Source: Daphnia carinata
Lineage: Eukaryota
Assembly: GCF_022539665.2 (NCBI RefSeq)
Contig: NC_081333.1
Location: 6,510,001-6,574,000, forward strand
Length of the DNA stretch: 64,000 nt
Direction: 5' to 3'
The position numbers and the translations under genes are program-made. Under the pieces are notes generated by a model, which was given only the letters and a program-made list of their open reading frames with translations, ran no database searches and was not told where the DNA came from. Shown here piece by piece: positions 1 to 14,400 of the stretch; position 1 is the first letter of the stretch, and each line of letters starts with the position of its first letter.

Positions 1-2380
1 TATTTGGTCATTGTCATTCGAATTGCTTTTCACTTCCTTTTGAAACTTAGTTTATTCTCTAGCACACTTGGAGCTTCTTTGCATCAATAATTTTTCTAAT
101 ACGATTTCCTGGAAAGAACAACCGCAAATTCCAAGCCGGTGGGAAAAAGTGAGATGTTGGTACATCTTGGGTAATAATATCTTTGCTAATATCTTTGTTT
201 CTTAGCGTAAAAGCAGAGCACTGCGAACGTTTTCCGCAGACTCATCCATTTTGGAAGAAGGCTGAATTTCTGTAGAACGTGCTATTGCCTAAGGTTTGTT
301 ATGATTTGCCTAGAAATTTTTATTCTACATTCGCTGCGGCCAATGTAACTTTACGGCACCCATTTGTTTGAAGACTCTTCGTTTGTCTTGTTTTAGCTTT
401 ATGCAAATATGGAACTCTGGAATTCTTTTGAATAAAGAAAGTCAAGACTCTATTCCGACTATTCTATTTCCAAACAGACAAATTTGAACCCCGGTAACCT
501 CATCACAAGTATAGTTCACGTAGGACGAAAATTTTTTTTTTTTTTTGTTTTACTCAACTATGGAACGAACCCCGACAGTTTGCCCGTATCAATTTTATAA
601 AATCCCTATTTCACATTTCGTGGCTATTCAAAACACTATGTGAATCCAAAAATAAAGCACAATATCTTTCATCCAGGAATTTAACTGTTCGTGACATATG
701 CCCTGATCAATTTTGGAAGTTATTGGTTTTGAAATCAAATCTATCGTACGAAAGCTTAAAGGAAACGCCATAGCCCGTTATTAGACTCGTTCTCGCCTCT
801 CACAGGGCAGCAGCTGGATGCTATTTTCACTTCGAGACATTTGAATTGACGCCAAACTTTTTTTCTCCTGTCGAACTAGACTGTAGGCCCTCCTTCCATA
901 CATCGTCTTTCTCCCCCGAAAATGGGGTGTATACGGGACGGTGAAACATTGGTATTTTGGTGGAGTGAGAACTTAGTCCATCATGTTTTTTATCGTTTTG
1001 TTTACAACATGTGTTGTTTTCTATGATTTTCTGTATTGTTACAATTAATTGTTAACCTTTCCCGTCTGCTGAATAACGTCATGCATATTTTTATACTGAT
1101 TTATGTTTGACAGATTTATTTTGCGTGAAAACAGAAGTGGCCATTGAATGACAAGATTCACGCCAGAGGTAGAGGGAGAAGCTTCGAGATTTGGTCTAGA
1201 AGCAGAGTTTTATGGCCATGTGAATCATCAGTCTCCCAAGTTAACCAGCAGCTGCTTCATGTTGTAGATCAAATGGTTTTGGTTGCTTGTGCATCCCTTA
1301 AAAATAGCGTGGGCCAACCCACCCCCAAGTTTGATTGACTAAAAATAAACTTAGAAACTTGTTCTGCATAGCTCCTGTTTCTCGAAAGACGTTGCCGTGC
1401 CGCGTGTGGTCGGGAGAGGCAATTCGCCAGTGGTACACCTCTGACGTCAAACGCCCCAATAAGCTTCCGCTTGTCACTGTGTCACGAATGGGTTGCGAAT
1501 TGATCAGTTCAGTGAAACTATGTTTGGCTAGTCTTTCAAGAGGATGGGGAACCCAAATTGGCTTAGATTGTTGTAAAAATAATTTTTTTTCCGGTGACAC
1601 CATATACTGTCCAGAGAGTATACCTTCTGACGCGATCGTTTGTATGTGTCCATAATAAAAAGTGAAGACCGCATGTCCAATTCGAAACACTTTTGAAAGT
1701 TCGCCAAATTTAGCGAACCGACGTAGCTAAAAATGTCTATACATATTCGATTTTTGCCGAATAGTTGACACCCAACAAGAAAATATTTCAATCCTCCAAA
1801 ACCAAACGTAAAAGAAAAAAGTAAATAAATATTTCAAAGTTCAAAATATTCACACAACGGTAATTCTCAACTCTGTACAACTATTGTATTTTGCAGCTGC
1901 TATGGCAGATATATCTGTGTATGGTAGATCATCGGGCTTTTTGGGAGATGATGTAACCTTTTTTCCTAGTGTTAAGGGAGGGAGCTGATTCTGTACAAAG
2001 CGGGCTAAATATATCGTCCCCCCAACTTCTTGTTCTTACGTAACCTACTGCATTGAGTATCGATAGCGCAATCAGTTTGTGAGTTCTAATTGTGTCATCC
2101 TGGCTTCTGTCAAAATCCGATAACAAGGGAAACAAATGATTATGAGTAAAAAATACTGGACAAATGAAGAATATTGGGTAGCAACCAACCTTATGCGTGA
2201 AGTCAAAATGATAAATGTATTGCTGTCATCGAATTGACTCCAGCTATTTGAGTTTTTTTAATATTCTAAAATGTGGGATGGGTAATACCACAAAATCCTA
2301 GCCATACATTTCACAATGGCAAATTAATGCATCTTCAAATTCACCTTTCGCATACATTTTTAAATTTTATTTTTATTGAT

Positions 2381-2410
2381 TTATTTGTATTTATTTGTAT
2401 TTATTTGTAT
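2381..2410. repeat. (TTATTTGTAT)x3 minisatellite
   Basis: Three exact 10-mer copies. Confidence 0.85.
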
Positions 2411-5400
2411 TTTACAAATTCTGTTTAAGGTCAATGAGATCCATTGCTCTTACGTGGTTCAGTAATAGTGGGTATTTCACCGCGCCAGAAAAATGTCGGT
2501 TGGTATCACCAATTCTAAAAACTTTAAGGCACGAAAATTTTCACCACCCAAAGGGGTCCAATCTTCTTTGGACAATCACTTACCTACTATGCGACCTATG
2601 GCGTTTTCGGTTCCTTCCCTTCTTTTAGGCGTTACGATTTGAAATTGAGGTCGCGCAGTACCAGTAAAACGCACGTGAAAATGGGCCTATGAGAACGGCA
2701 AGGTCGCTGTCTATGTAATATTAAAGAACTTTTTCAGATGTGAAGCGATGCGCTCGGGCCCAGCCATTTACACGTTCTTCTTGATTGCTGTCTATTACGC
2801 CCAACTTTACAAGGCTTGTACCGGAAGGCTGTGTGACCAGTTTCGTTCTGGTTGACCAACCATTTTACCTCTTCCTGCACCAAGAGACGCTTTCATCGTT
2901 CACGTTTCCCGATGCAGGAGACACATCCAAATTTAAAGTGATGTGTAAAACTGTCGACGCTAAAATTTCCGAATTATAGTAGCAGTGTCATGTATTACTA
3001 ATGTCACATATTTTCGAATGTGACCGTGTCGTTCCCGGCTGCTAGGTGCGTTTTTCGATCAACCTTCGGCTATTATTTCCGTTTTGTAACTCAAAACTCG
3101 GCCGCCTTTGTACACAATATTGGCTGTTTAAATTCTATGTAGGGCTATTGCTGTCTAGTGCACGTACGACTTTGTTGGCTGGCTCTGGCTAGTGGAAAAC
3201 AATGAAAGTGATATAGGCTACGCCGGTTAGTGTCATGGTCGACGGAGTCTTAATTGCTTTTGAGAAATTGCCTGACGTCACACGGAGGATCCGAGGCAAA
3301 GTAGAAAAGTCACGATCATCAAGCAAGGAAGAAAAACGCGGAGAAACTAAGCAAACCAAAATAATGAAAAAAATAATAATAACAATAAATAGAAGCGATC
3401 CAGCTGCTTGCAGCAATGCACTTCCCGGCCAGTATAGTGCCAGTCAAGAACGGCCATCGTATGTGTCGTCCTACGAATGGCCTGTCGTAAAGGCAAACTG
3501 AAACGAAGCAATAGAGAGAAAATAAGAAATATCGAGAGCAAAAGACGAGGCGAAGAAAGGGGAAGCCAACATCACTGGGTGGTGAAGCAGAGGGATAAGC
3601 CTCTACGAATGGGGCCAGTCATTCCTCTTTTTGACATCAGCTTTCTCGCGATATCTCGTTCATTTATCATATGAAGCCCTCAACTCAAGTTAAGACGTCA
3701 AGTCAAATCTGCTACGCGCACATTGCTGTTCCTACTGTTACTTTGATATTGAACGCTGGGTTGAGACCTCTGCGCTCAGCCGCGTGTCAATGGGCTCTCG
3801 CATGACGCGATATAATATGATGGTGTCGAGCAAAAAAAAAAAAAAAAAAACATATAAGCGGAACACAAAAATAATAAGAAAATAATAAAATAAACTCGAC
3901 AAGAAGACAGAGAGCGAGTTGCATTGCATCGCTCAAGTTCAGCCAAAATTGCCCAGCCAGATTCTCACACTTCACCATTTCAATGCCAAGAACGAGATGC
4001 GGAAATAATCCGAGAACAATACAAGAGCGCCAGCCATCAGTAGGTCTTGACAGACAAATTGTATTACATGTAAGAGCGATGGAGAAGACGTCGTTCTGCC
4101 AATACGAACTAGGATTTCGATTTATCCGGTGGCCGATACGTTTCGGACATCATCTGATCGCTACTGTACATAGTCAATTACTTACTTTCTGTCATTCTCA
4201 ATTCTCGTTTTAGAGCTGATACGAAAGGATAGATTGCAGTTTACAAATCAAGTTCGCAGTTTTGGAGGCGAGCAATAACAAGCGGTTATAAATTAGGAAA
4301 GGCGTGGTTGTGCCCAGCATTTTCGCAGAATTATTCGAAGTTACAGATAAATGAACGTTATCTTTTCATTCCATTTCGCGTAATCCAAACTGCTATGCCT
4401 CCTATATTAGGGATGCATCAACCGTTTTCAAATGACACTGTGGGGTAAACTGATGTGATATTACTTCACTAAGCGTTTTTTTTTTCAATTAGTTCTTGAA
4501 ACGTTTTTATTAGATTGATCCAATTAAACGAGATTGTCTCTGTAATTTTTCATTAAGTCCAAACCTTTTGAGCGCACTTTGCATTACGACACCCTGCCAA
4601 CATACCGTGCTTTCAGATGATGTTTGCTAAAAAATTTGGCCAGTTAAGGTTAATCAATGCCACACCCGTGATATGTACGCAGTACAGGTTCGTCTGAATT
4701 TCCCGCTGTTCCATTATGCATTGGTAGGGGCAACTTTTACTAAACGGAGGTACATCAGCCGTTGACAGCGATCCTTTTTAATAGGCAGCCTTTCAATCAG
4801 TTTATGAGTATGAAACGCTTTTGAACAGATCAACAATAAAACGGCGGCAGAGCTGATACTTCCATTTCACTACTAACGTGTGCGGCCAAAAATAATTGAA
4901 ATGTCATGGATGATGAGGTGACATCGTACCGTGTAACGACAATGTCTTTCCTTTCCTGAAAGCGCCAACTAATAAATAAAGCCGCCATTGCAACGGTGTC
5001 TGTCCCGAATCCGCGAAGTGACGATGCGACTTTGAATCAAAATGAAGATTTGGCTAAATAAAGGCATGCTTGATGATTCGTTAAGATGCAGCAGAAGATT
5101 CGTAAGACGAAAGGGGTCAACATTAATGACGGCCAACTAATGAAAAGCTCTGGGCGTGCCCGTCTCTAGTTAACGCCTTAGCTTAAGTACCTACCGGCCT
5201 ACATCTGAATTGCGGTTGAAATGGTGGCAATAGTAGGGTGGATTAATGTTCACGAACACTATCTTGCAAGAGGTCATCCACCATTACCGCTCACCAGTCG
5301 TGCCTCACAAAAGAGTATCGTTCCAGAAACAGAACATGGACTAAGAAGACTATTGTCGTATTACGCTAAAAAGCGCTCGGCTGTAATGATGTGATCCTAT

Positions 5401-8400
5401 CATTCGCCTTCACGAGTATCATATTAAATCGGTACGCGGGTTTTCCGCTATGATGGTAGAACACCACCCAGTTTACCGAAAGCAATTTTGTGTGGTATGT
5501 AATCAGGCGTCAACTTTGCCGGTTATAAGTAAACCTGTCTCTAATTAAAAACCTGCAACTAAAGTTGGCGAGTTTTTTCTGTTTTATTTGTTTATTTTTT
5601 TCCCCCTTTTTTCCCTTCAGTCTTGCCTGAATGCAGAGCATGCAATCATATACTATTGCTTTTCATAAAGGTTGGATCGAAGCCATCAAGATGTGGGCGA
5701 CCACATTCCATCACAGGCGGTTACTTGGGACTCATTAAGTCGCCACGGGAAAGCCTTTTATAAAAAAAAATAACTGGATAGGTAAACTGTATTAATGAGC
5801 TGTTGTAATAAACACGCAACAATATACTAACAGTGGCGGCTATGTCCGAGACATAGAGGTCATTTAGGCAGCATTTTGCAGCTGCCTAAACAAGGAAGTC
5901 AATTTCGTGAGAAACTCCGATGCCAATATATTAAATGAGAGCGAAAATGTAAGCTAGCACATTTCATTGGCAACGCTGCCCTACATCAATAATTGGCGGC
6001 TGGGTGATGGGAAACCGAAACGGAATATTGATTACATCTACTGGAGGTAGATAATGTAGAAGAATAACATAGCAGATAAAATTTCATGTTCAATGTCATA
6101 CGTAGTAAAACAATAGCAATAATAAAGCTTAATTTAAAGCAAAATTTTTTAAACATGCCTTTTTCTTTACTACTATACAACACATTTGATGTCTATTCGA
6201 GGCAGGCGAAGTCCTTTGATGTAAGAATTTTGCTATCAGATTAAAACATTCGTGTGGCGCTGTGTTATGTATAAACAACATCGTATAGCTGAAACTTCCG
6301 AAATTATTGTCCCAGAGATATCCCCTTGTAAAAAAAGATAATGCTCCAGTTTATAATTTTCTATTACAGAAATTTTCTGATGTCCAATATGAAGTAGTGT
6401 TTCTTTTCCATGACGTTCTATGACGTCATGTTCATAAATAGAGGAGCTATCACACGAACGAGCATGGTTATATTGTAAAAAAAAAGCCTGAACTGTAGGC
6501 TGCTTTGTGCATTGTATCGGCTAAGTATAGGTCTGTATAGATATATAAGTAATCGAAACAGAAACGAGCAGCACGAAGATCTTCAATGCCTCATATACTA
6601 CTATCAAGTATATTGCATGGTGACACACATAGGGAGGCTCATTAAACATGATCCACTGTTACACATTCATACGCCTTCTCTTCTAATTTCTCTTCCACTG
6701 CCTTACGGGGATCCCACTGAAACGGATCAAATGGGATCAGGCGAACCTAAGAAACCCTGCCTCATCCTCAAAAATAGCATTGCTATTATTACTTCGCAAA
6801 TTATATACGTTATAGTTGCCTTAAATGAAAGAGCGAATAGAAAAGAAAATAGAACACAACGTAAGCCTACTCTCTTTAGTTTTATGCACCAGAAACACCA
6901 TCAACAGAAGCTTCGTCTAACTAGGTTTACATGTGTGATATGTAACGTTCGCGACGTGCGGCTGCCTTGCGCCCTACATGGTTATTGCAAACACTATAAA
7001 GAGATCATAATTTTGGTGTTCGTTTTATGCCTTCGCTCCGCCGAATCAGGACAGACTTAGGGACATACCCCAATAAGGAAAGTCCCAACCGAAATAAGAG
7101 CTCACTAGGGAGACTCTTGCAGTTTAGTAGGAGACACTGGAGACGACGAAATGAAACAAAGATACCCAGATATAATGGAGTGATTTAAATGTCATGTGTC
7201 ACTACATAAAATCTAGGGTAATAAACCTCCAAGAGTAGGCACTGGAGAGGGCTGTGATGGTGTTACAACAACCCAAAACTATTCGATCAATATTTGACAA
7301 AACCGAATATTCTGACAAAGTGGAACGCCAGATTCCTTCTGATATCAAATGTAGTCCATTTTTGTAAAGGACTTCGATTTCCATAAATGATTTGACACGA
7401 CTGGCGTCTACCGGAAGGTAGACTTCCTTGCTTTATCCGACAGACGCATCTCGATGCCTATAGTTCAACTGTCAAGACCCTTACCTTTTCCATACCTACC
7501 TAAAAACTGTCTCCCGCTCGCATATAATATCGTTTTGTCTGAAGTACCGAACCGATGTAGCTATTCCTCAACTGTCATTCTCCTATATTAACTAAAATTC
7601 TACGACAAATCGCAAGTGCCGTTCTTCTTTCGTGCTTGCTAGTTTGTGGGTTTTTTGTGTTTTATCGGTTTAGTGAAATACGTTTAAAGTATTATTCAGG
7701 TTAACTTGGCGAAAATGATATTTCGCAACGGTTCAAAGTCACACAATGGCAAAGGAAATAGATGACAATCATTTTTTTAAAAACAAGTTTCACAACGTAC
7801 AAAAAGGAAAACCTTAAAAAAAGGGGGGAGAAAAATAAGAAGTTGATGTAGTTTCCGGCTCAACAACTGTTGAAGCCCTTTTATTTATTTTTTTTTGTTT
7901 GCCTTTTCGAACGTCATTTTTTTTTTTTATTATTATTTTTTTCGATCCATCTCCCTCTTCCTCTCTTTGCCGTGACGCAGGTTTGGCATTATTATTTTTC
8001 TGTTTTGTTCCACCTATTTTCTCATTGAAACTAACAAGTCGGTAGAAGGGCGGAGGGGGAGGGAGGTGGACGAAGAAAAAGGGGGTGAGGGAGCAAGCAG
8101 TTAGAGGAAGGGGAAGACCTGTCGGTTTCTCTTTTTTTTTCCCACACTGCGCTCTCCACCTGCTCGTTTCCTGACCTTTCTGTTTTGTATGTACGTGTAT
8201 TGCCGGGGCGCCCTCGACCTTCCATGTACTATTTTTCTTTTTTTTTTTTTTTTTTGTCTCTTCCCAGCGACTGTGGTTTACACAGCTATATCAAGTTTAT
8301 CATGCATGCTATTTGTAGCCACAGTATTTTACAAGGACTGTAGGTAGAATATAAAACAGTTTCTCCTTCGCTCTCTATTGTTTGGATGTGCGAGTGTACA

Positions 8401-11400
8401 CACACACAGCCGTTCGGGTACTTGAAGTCTCGAACGTCGAACAAGTACCAAAAGCAAAAATTTTAGAACGTTTCGCGGAAAAACAGCAGGTGCTAGATTT
8501 TCATCGTCAGATGTAGAACGAAAATGGGGGGAAATCTCTGTCTCTTCCAGGTATCTTTGAAAGGAGAAGAAAACAAAATGAAAGCTCGACGAAGATGTTT
8601 CGGCTGCTCCCCCCAGCGACTTGGCTGATTAGGACCACCTGTATGGTACTTGCTACGTATATGCAGAGCCGCTGTTAAGAAGATTGACTTGCTTATCATT
8701 TTCATGCTATTCGCATGAGATGATGAAACAATGTAGGAACAAAAAAAAAATTGGTTTTCCCGTAACAAAAGCAAATAATTAATAACGCCATTCTGGCTAA
8801 TTGCTGATGAAATTAGTGCGTTCGTATGAAAGAAGGCAATCACGACTATTCCACATTGTTTTTGGTTTCATCAGTCACGGTTGCTGATGATGCGTGGCAG
8901 TTTTACCAATCCCTAGATACGACGGAAAGCAACCTTGGTTTCATGAGCCAACAAGCACTATTGATGTTAGTCACGCTGAGCTGCAACGCCGATGGGACCT
9001 CATACCGGATGAGGGGGATCACACTAATCTTTTCTCATAGAAACATTTACGTCTGAGCAACGGTCGTTTACGAGAAATTGACAAAAACGGAGTGAAAAAT
9101 TTAATGAAGACGACTGAGAACAAAACTAAAAATGAAAATTTGAATAAATAATATGAATAAAATTAAAGGGGAAGAGCATACTTCTCTCTCGCGAAGAGCA
9201 AATGGTGTACATAGGGTTATCTTTCAAACACGTTAGAAATGAAGAATGAGAAAAACGTCCGTATTCGGCTGCGCTGTAGCTAAGTCGAAGGGTTGTTTGC
9301 GTCTTTTTTTTTCCATTTTTAATGGTTTTTTCCCTTTCGTCATAATCGTTTGCCCTCCATTTCACAAAAGGCAAGGAAAAACCGTGTGACAGAATGCATA
9401 TTTACGGGGCTTCGAGCCCCGTGAAAGTTTTCCATCTCAAGTTTTTCGGGAGAATAACAACGTGGGGAACTGGAAATCTCGAATTGGATCTGAACCCCGT
9501 AGCCGTCTCCAGTCAGGCATAATCTTTTACATCAACGAAACACGCTGCGTGACTGATGAACGATCGGCTGACTAAGCGCCAAAATACTACGCACGACTAG
9601 AAATCTCGTGTGATGAGTTCAGGCTTCACCATTTCCGTTTAACGCCAAGTGGTCGGATATTAATTTTTATCTTCCCCGTTCCCCATTAGTCGATATGCCT
9701 AAATGCCAAAACGTACCAAACGCTTTGCTAAACAGACTTGTTACGTGATTTTCACGCACATCCAGGTCGCCGAAACAGCGGGTCAGTATTAAAAAATAAT
9801 AATAATTTAATGATAAAACATGAAACGAGACACGAACAGTATCTGACAAAGTATGGGGTAAGAAGAAAAAGTTTATCAAGGCATGGTATGCGGGTGGAAC
9901 CCGCAGCAGGGAGCTGGCGTTTCTCACTAACTCCGATATTTCCAAAATGACGTGGGTTCCCCTGAATTTCAATGTTCCTTATGAAAGACAACTAGGGCAG
10001 ATAGATAGCTAGGAATGTAATTTCTACCGAACGGTGGCAAAAAAAGATCAGAATACTCCAAAATCCTGTTATCCAATACAGGTAACCATGCTACTTATTT
10101 CGAATAGGAAAAAAAAATCGTAGTTAATCCAGCGAATCGTAATGTTGGTGTAACAGGGCAACATCGTCTAGGCTTAATGCCGTCTCGAGAGAAAAGAGTG
10201 ACTTTTAAAGAAACGTAAGGAGGATTTGCATACTTGCTCAACAGTGTTTGTAGAGAAACAGTCATTCCAGCATGTTTGGAAAACTTTTCGTGGCCACATG
10301 CGATGCCCATTTCAATAAATGAGGCGAGCAGAAATTGACATTTGCTGGTAACTGCCAACCAAGCTTCTCGTGATTGAGTAGTTTTCTAGAGTTCTAAGAT
10401 TTCTCATTGGTAGATGAGAGTGCTCGGGAGACTGGGTGAGACAATGAGAAAAGATGAAAGAAAGAAACGTGAATCGAAACGAGACGAAAAGTGATCAAAA
10501 AGGAAAAGTAGAAACTTGAGAAACACGGGACTCAGCTAGAAAACTGCCGACTTGATATCCATACCCGGGATATCAAGTAAGCATGCAGAACGCAATCGCA
10601 ATCCACGCACGATGCGCGGGAGACAACCGTAGAAAAACAAAATAGACGCAGAGATGTCGAGGTTACCGAAAACATGATCTATTTGGATGGATTTACTAAT
10701 GCACAAACACACCAGCGCAAATACACTGTCACGAAGAGGAAGAAGCCAAACTGACGGAGAGCGAACGTTTTGGATGGTAGGCCCCACGTGGAACAATCAT
10801 CTGTGTGTCTACCTCCCCTCATAAACAGTGAGTCAACACACCGAATGCAAACAAAACGGGAAGCTAAAGTACGTGTCGGTTGAAGACGTGGGTAATCAAG
10901 ACAATTAAGCAAAGAAATATTTCTAGTCCTTTTGCCCAGTTTCCTTCACTGGCAATACATTTGGACGTAATACACTAGCGCTACGACGGTATTGATGCGG
11001 TCCACTCGCACTACCTTTTACTTAGTTGCCCTTATCAGCACAATCCACTGGATGAAAAGTTAACATGGGTCCTCATAGCTTCAATCTCGAGGAAAATCAC
11101 AGAAATCACGTGATTCACGTAGCTTGCTGTATTTAGTTTTGCAGTAGGGCTTCAAGGTAGGCCAAGGATTTCTTTCACACTCTTTCGAAAAAAAAAAAAT
11201 CTTTGGTCCTATTTTAAAACTATAACGAGGTGGAAAACGTATTTATTATTTTGGCTACATTGCCGCGGGTCATGAGCATCGACCCGTCCAATTCTGACCA
11301 CGGTGAAAAAAAGAAATATGCGCCTTTTAATAACCAAAATAAAGTCTTCCCTCTAAATCATCTTTTTTTTTTTTCCTTTTTATTTTTTTCTATTTTTTTT

Positions 11401-14400
11401 TGTGTGTGCGTATGTTAAAAGCAGGACGAATAAATGAGACGACGTCGGCACCAATAAATCACCTGAGGATTATTGGGGAAACAAGTGGTCAAATATTCAA
11501 GAAGGCACAGCACAAAATTTGCATGCCGAGCCTTGACTCCGGTCGTAGTAGTATTGCGGTACCGCATTCCGTAGCGAGCTGCACGATTGACACACGTCAC
11601 GCTATGGATAATGAAAACAGGCTAGATGCAACAAAGTCACCGGCTTGCCAAACATGGTAAGTTGGTAAGCACCAAAACGCACTTCGCCTGTATTTTTTTT
11701 TTTTTTTTTTTTGGGTGCCCTACGACAAAAAAGACTCGGTAGATCATCGGGGAGGCGCGCACACATAGGCACACACACAAAAAAGGCTAAAGAACCAGCA
11801 AATAGCCTCTGCTGTCTACGGTTATTACCATGGCTTTAACTTCTAGTACTCCCGAGTGCTATCCGATGCAAAGCTTGCACAAAAGAATAAAATGTTGGAA
11901 GTATGGGTTGGAAGGGAAAGGCCCCGTCTGTCTGTGCGTGATGCCTTGCTCCCCTGCTAAGGTTTTTCCTTCACGATCAAGTTTTGGACGCCTGCTGAGT
12001 GTAGGTGTAGACGCCAAAGACGATGGAGGGAAAAAAAAAAAGAGGCAAGGAGTGAAGAGCGAAACAGAGAGGAAAAAAAAAAGAGACGGGAGAGCAAATC
12101 GGTATAGTGAGCCTTCGACAATTGCGTGTATCGGCACTCCAACCGAGTTCCACTGACCATTTAAAATCGATTCCATTGACGATCGATAACTCGCCATTTT
12201 CGGGCCTCATCTATGACTAACAGGAGGAGAGCTTCTCCAAAAACAGCATTTTTTTTTTCTTTCAAGCAACGGCACGTTCCTTCCTTTTTCCTCGGAGGCC
12301 GAACCTTGAATTCCCAATACGCATTTATTGTTTTTATAGAGCAGTTATACCAGCTTTCTTTTTCTCATTTTTTTTTTTTTTCCTCTTTTCATCATGTTCG
12401 ACGTCGAAAGCTATCTATTTCAACGATGCCCGAAACACACCCTTTTTTTTGTTTGGAATTTCAGTCACGCCGATCGAAGAACCACAAAAGTTTCGTTAGC
12501 ATACATCTCCTTCGGCGTGGTAGGTGGCCGCTCTACTTTTCATACCGACCGTTATAGGCTATCGAACATTTGCGACAGCTCGCCTTTTTTTCTCATTCCT
12601 TGGACATTATGTCACCGCAATCACAAAGTCATGTATACTAACCATCCGTTGAAATAACACGGACAAACGGAAGTGAATAGCTCAGCGATTGTTGATGTGA
12701 AAGTTTATAGCTCACATTGCTCATTCATAGCTCCAGCGCGTGCTGGTCAATGAGGTCAATCGTGCCACAGTCACCGCACGGATACTGATATAGTGCACTA
12801 TCATCATCAAACTGCATATAGCCTTCTATTTAAAAAAAAAAAAAGAAACACGCAGACAACACATTTGGCTGACCAATGATTATAGCGGGATAACAAAATT
12901 AAATATTCAGTTAAATAATAAAAAAAAAAAACAGTCCGGGTCAATCTCCAGCCGTGTTCTATTTGCATGTGGGCAAAGAAGTTTAGTGTGCGCAACTTGT
13001 TCGCGATTTTCATTCTCTAACTTAAAGATTGCGGATCTGGGAAACATCTGTACAGCGCACAGTCGGCTGAACTGGCGGATATCCTGAACCCCCATGGAAA
13101 TCTGCGGTTGAATCATTTACATATTGCTTTATTCCAAAAAAAAGGAAGAAAAAAAAAAAAGAAAATGGTTTTGTGAATGTATTCAGCCCGGAGGAAGACG
13201 CAGAGTAGCTAATGGAAGAAATTGGATGGAATGAGACGATAAAACGTGAAATGAAAAGAAACTGGCACGTAATGCAATATACTATGTGAACACACACGAA
13301 AAAAAAAAAAAGATGCGTTCCTACGGTTTGGTTTTAAATAGCAGAGCGATTGAACAAAACTCTGTGGGGTTGCGAAAATTCAACGATCCAACTAAAAATC
13401 GATCAGAAAACTGTAGATGCTAATTGAACGTCATTACACTCATCAATAATTTAGTACATCATATTATTGTCATCTAGCTTGTAATTGCACATAATTCAAA
13501 CAGACTCATGTCAAATGCAAAACCAATTTGAATTCCTTGCACTTTCGTGTTAATTCGCACATGCGAATGAGACCAGTGGAAGACGGTGATATCGGTAGTG
13601 AAATCGGGATTTCCTGGTACAATTTTTTGTTGGAAACTGCATCCAATACTTTCTATTAGAGTTGAAAAGAAAGAAAACGAAAAAAAAAAAAGGGAAGTTG
13701 GGGGGAAAGAAAGTGCGACAGGGAATCACGAAGAAAATCTCGACCAAGTGTAGCCCACACAATCAAATAACTGCTTGTAAAGCACTACAACCGAATCGAT
13801 TCGCAATGAAACGAATGGTGAAAATCTTTTCCTTTGTTCTTTCCTTTCCTTTTTCTCCAGCGGCTGTGTTGGAACCCAAGCAAGTTTTTAAACCTCCATC
13901 TCTAAATGTTCTTCAAAGATGCCAGTGTAAGGATTTTTTTTTTCTTCTTGTCATCCCTGATTTTTTTTTTATTGGATGGTGAAAACTAAAGTAAACGCAA
14001 GCGAAACTTGTGGATATTGATGTATGCAAAAAAAGCTGAAATAAATATCGAAAATAAAAGGCTGCAATATGACCGGTTGAGCATAATTATTTAAAGCTTT
14101 CTGTTTTTTTTGGGGTTTTTTTTGCCCGTGAGCATTCTGTTGGCTGCCATCTCCGAACCTTATCTGTGAAGTCATTTTCAGTCCTTTTTTCTCAAGTATC
14201 ATAAACAAATCAAAATTGACGTAGCCACTTCCACTGTTGTAAACGAAAAAAAAAAAAAAGAGATAGTAAGGGAAAACAAAACTAAAAGTGCTGCGTAGAC
14301 TGTCAAAGAGGGAAGACGTGGATATGGCTTAGAAGCGCGTGCTCGCTCGCTTGTCTCACTTCCACAGACTTTCAACTGAATGGGGAGAGAAGAAAAAAGA

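Noticed and set aside
7030..7500. Possible retroelement coding remnant
   Set aside because: Composition is suggestive, but no recognisable motif was found in the frames I read.
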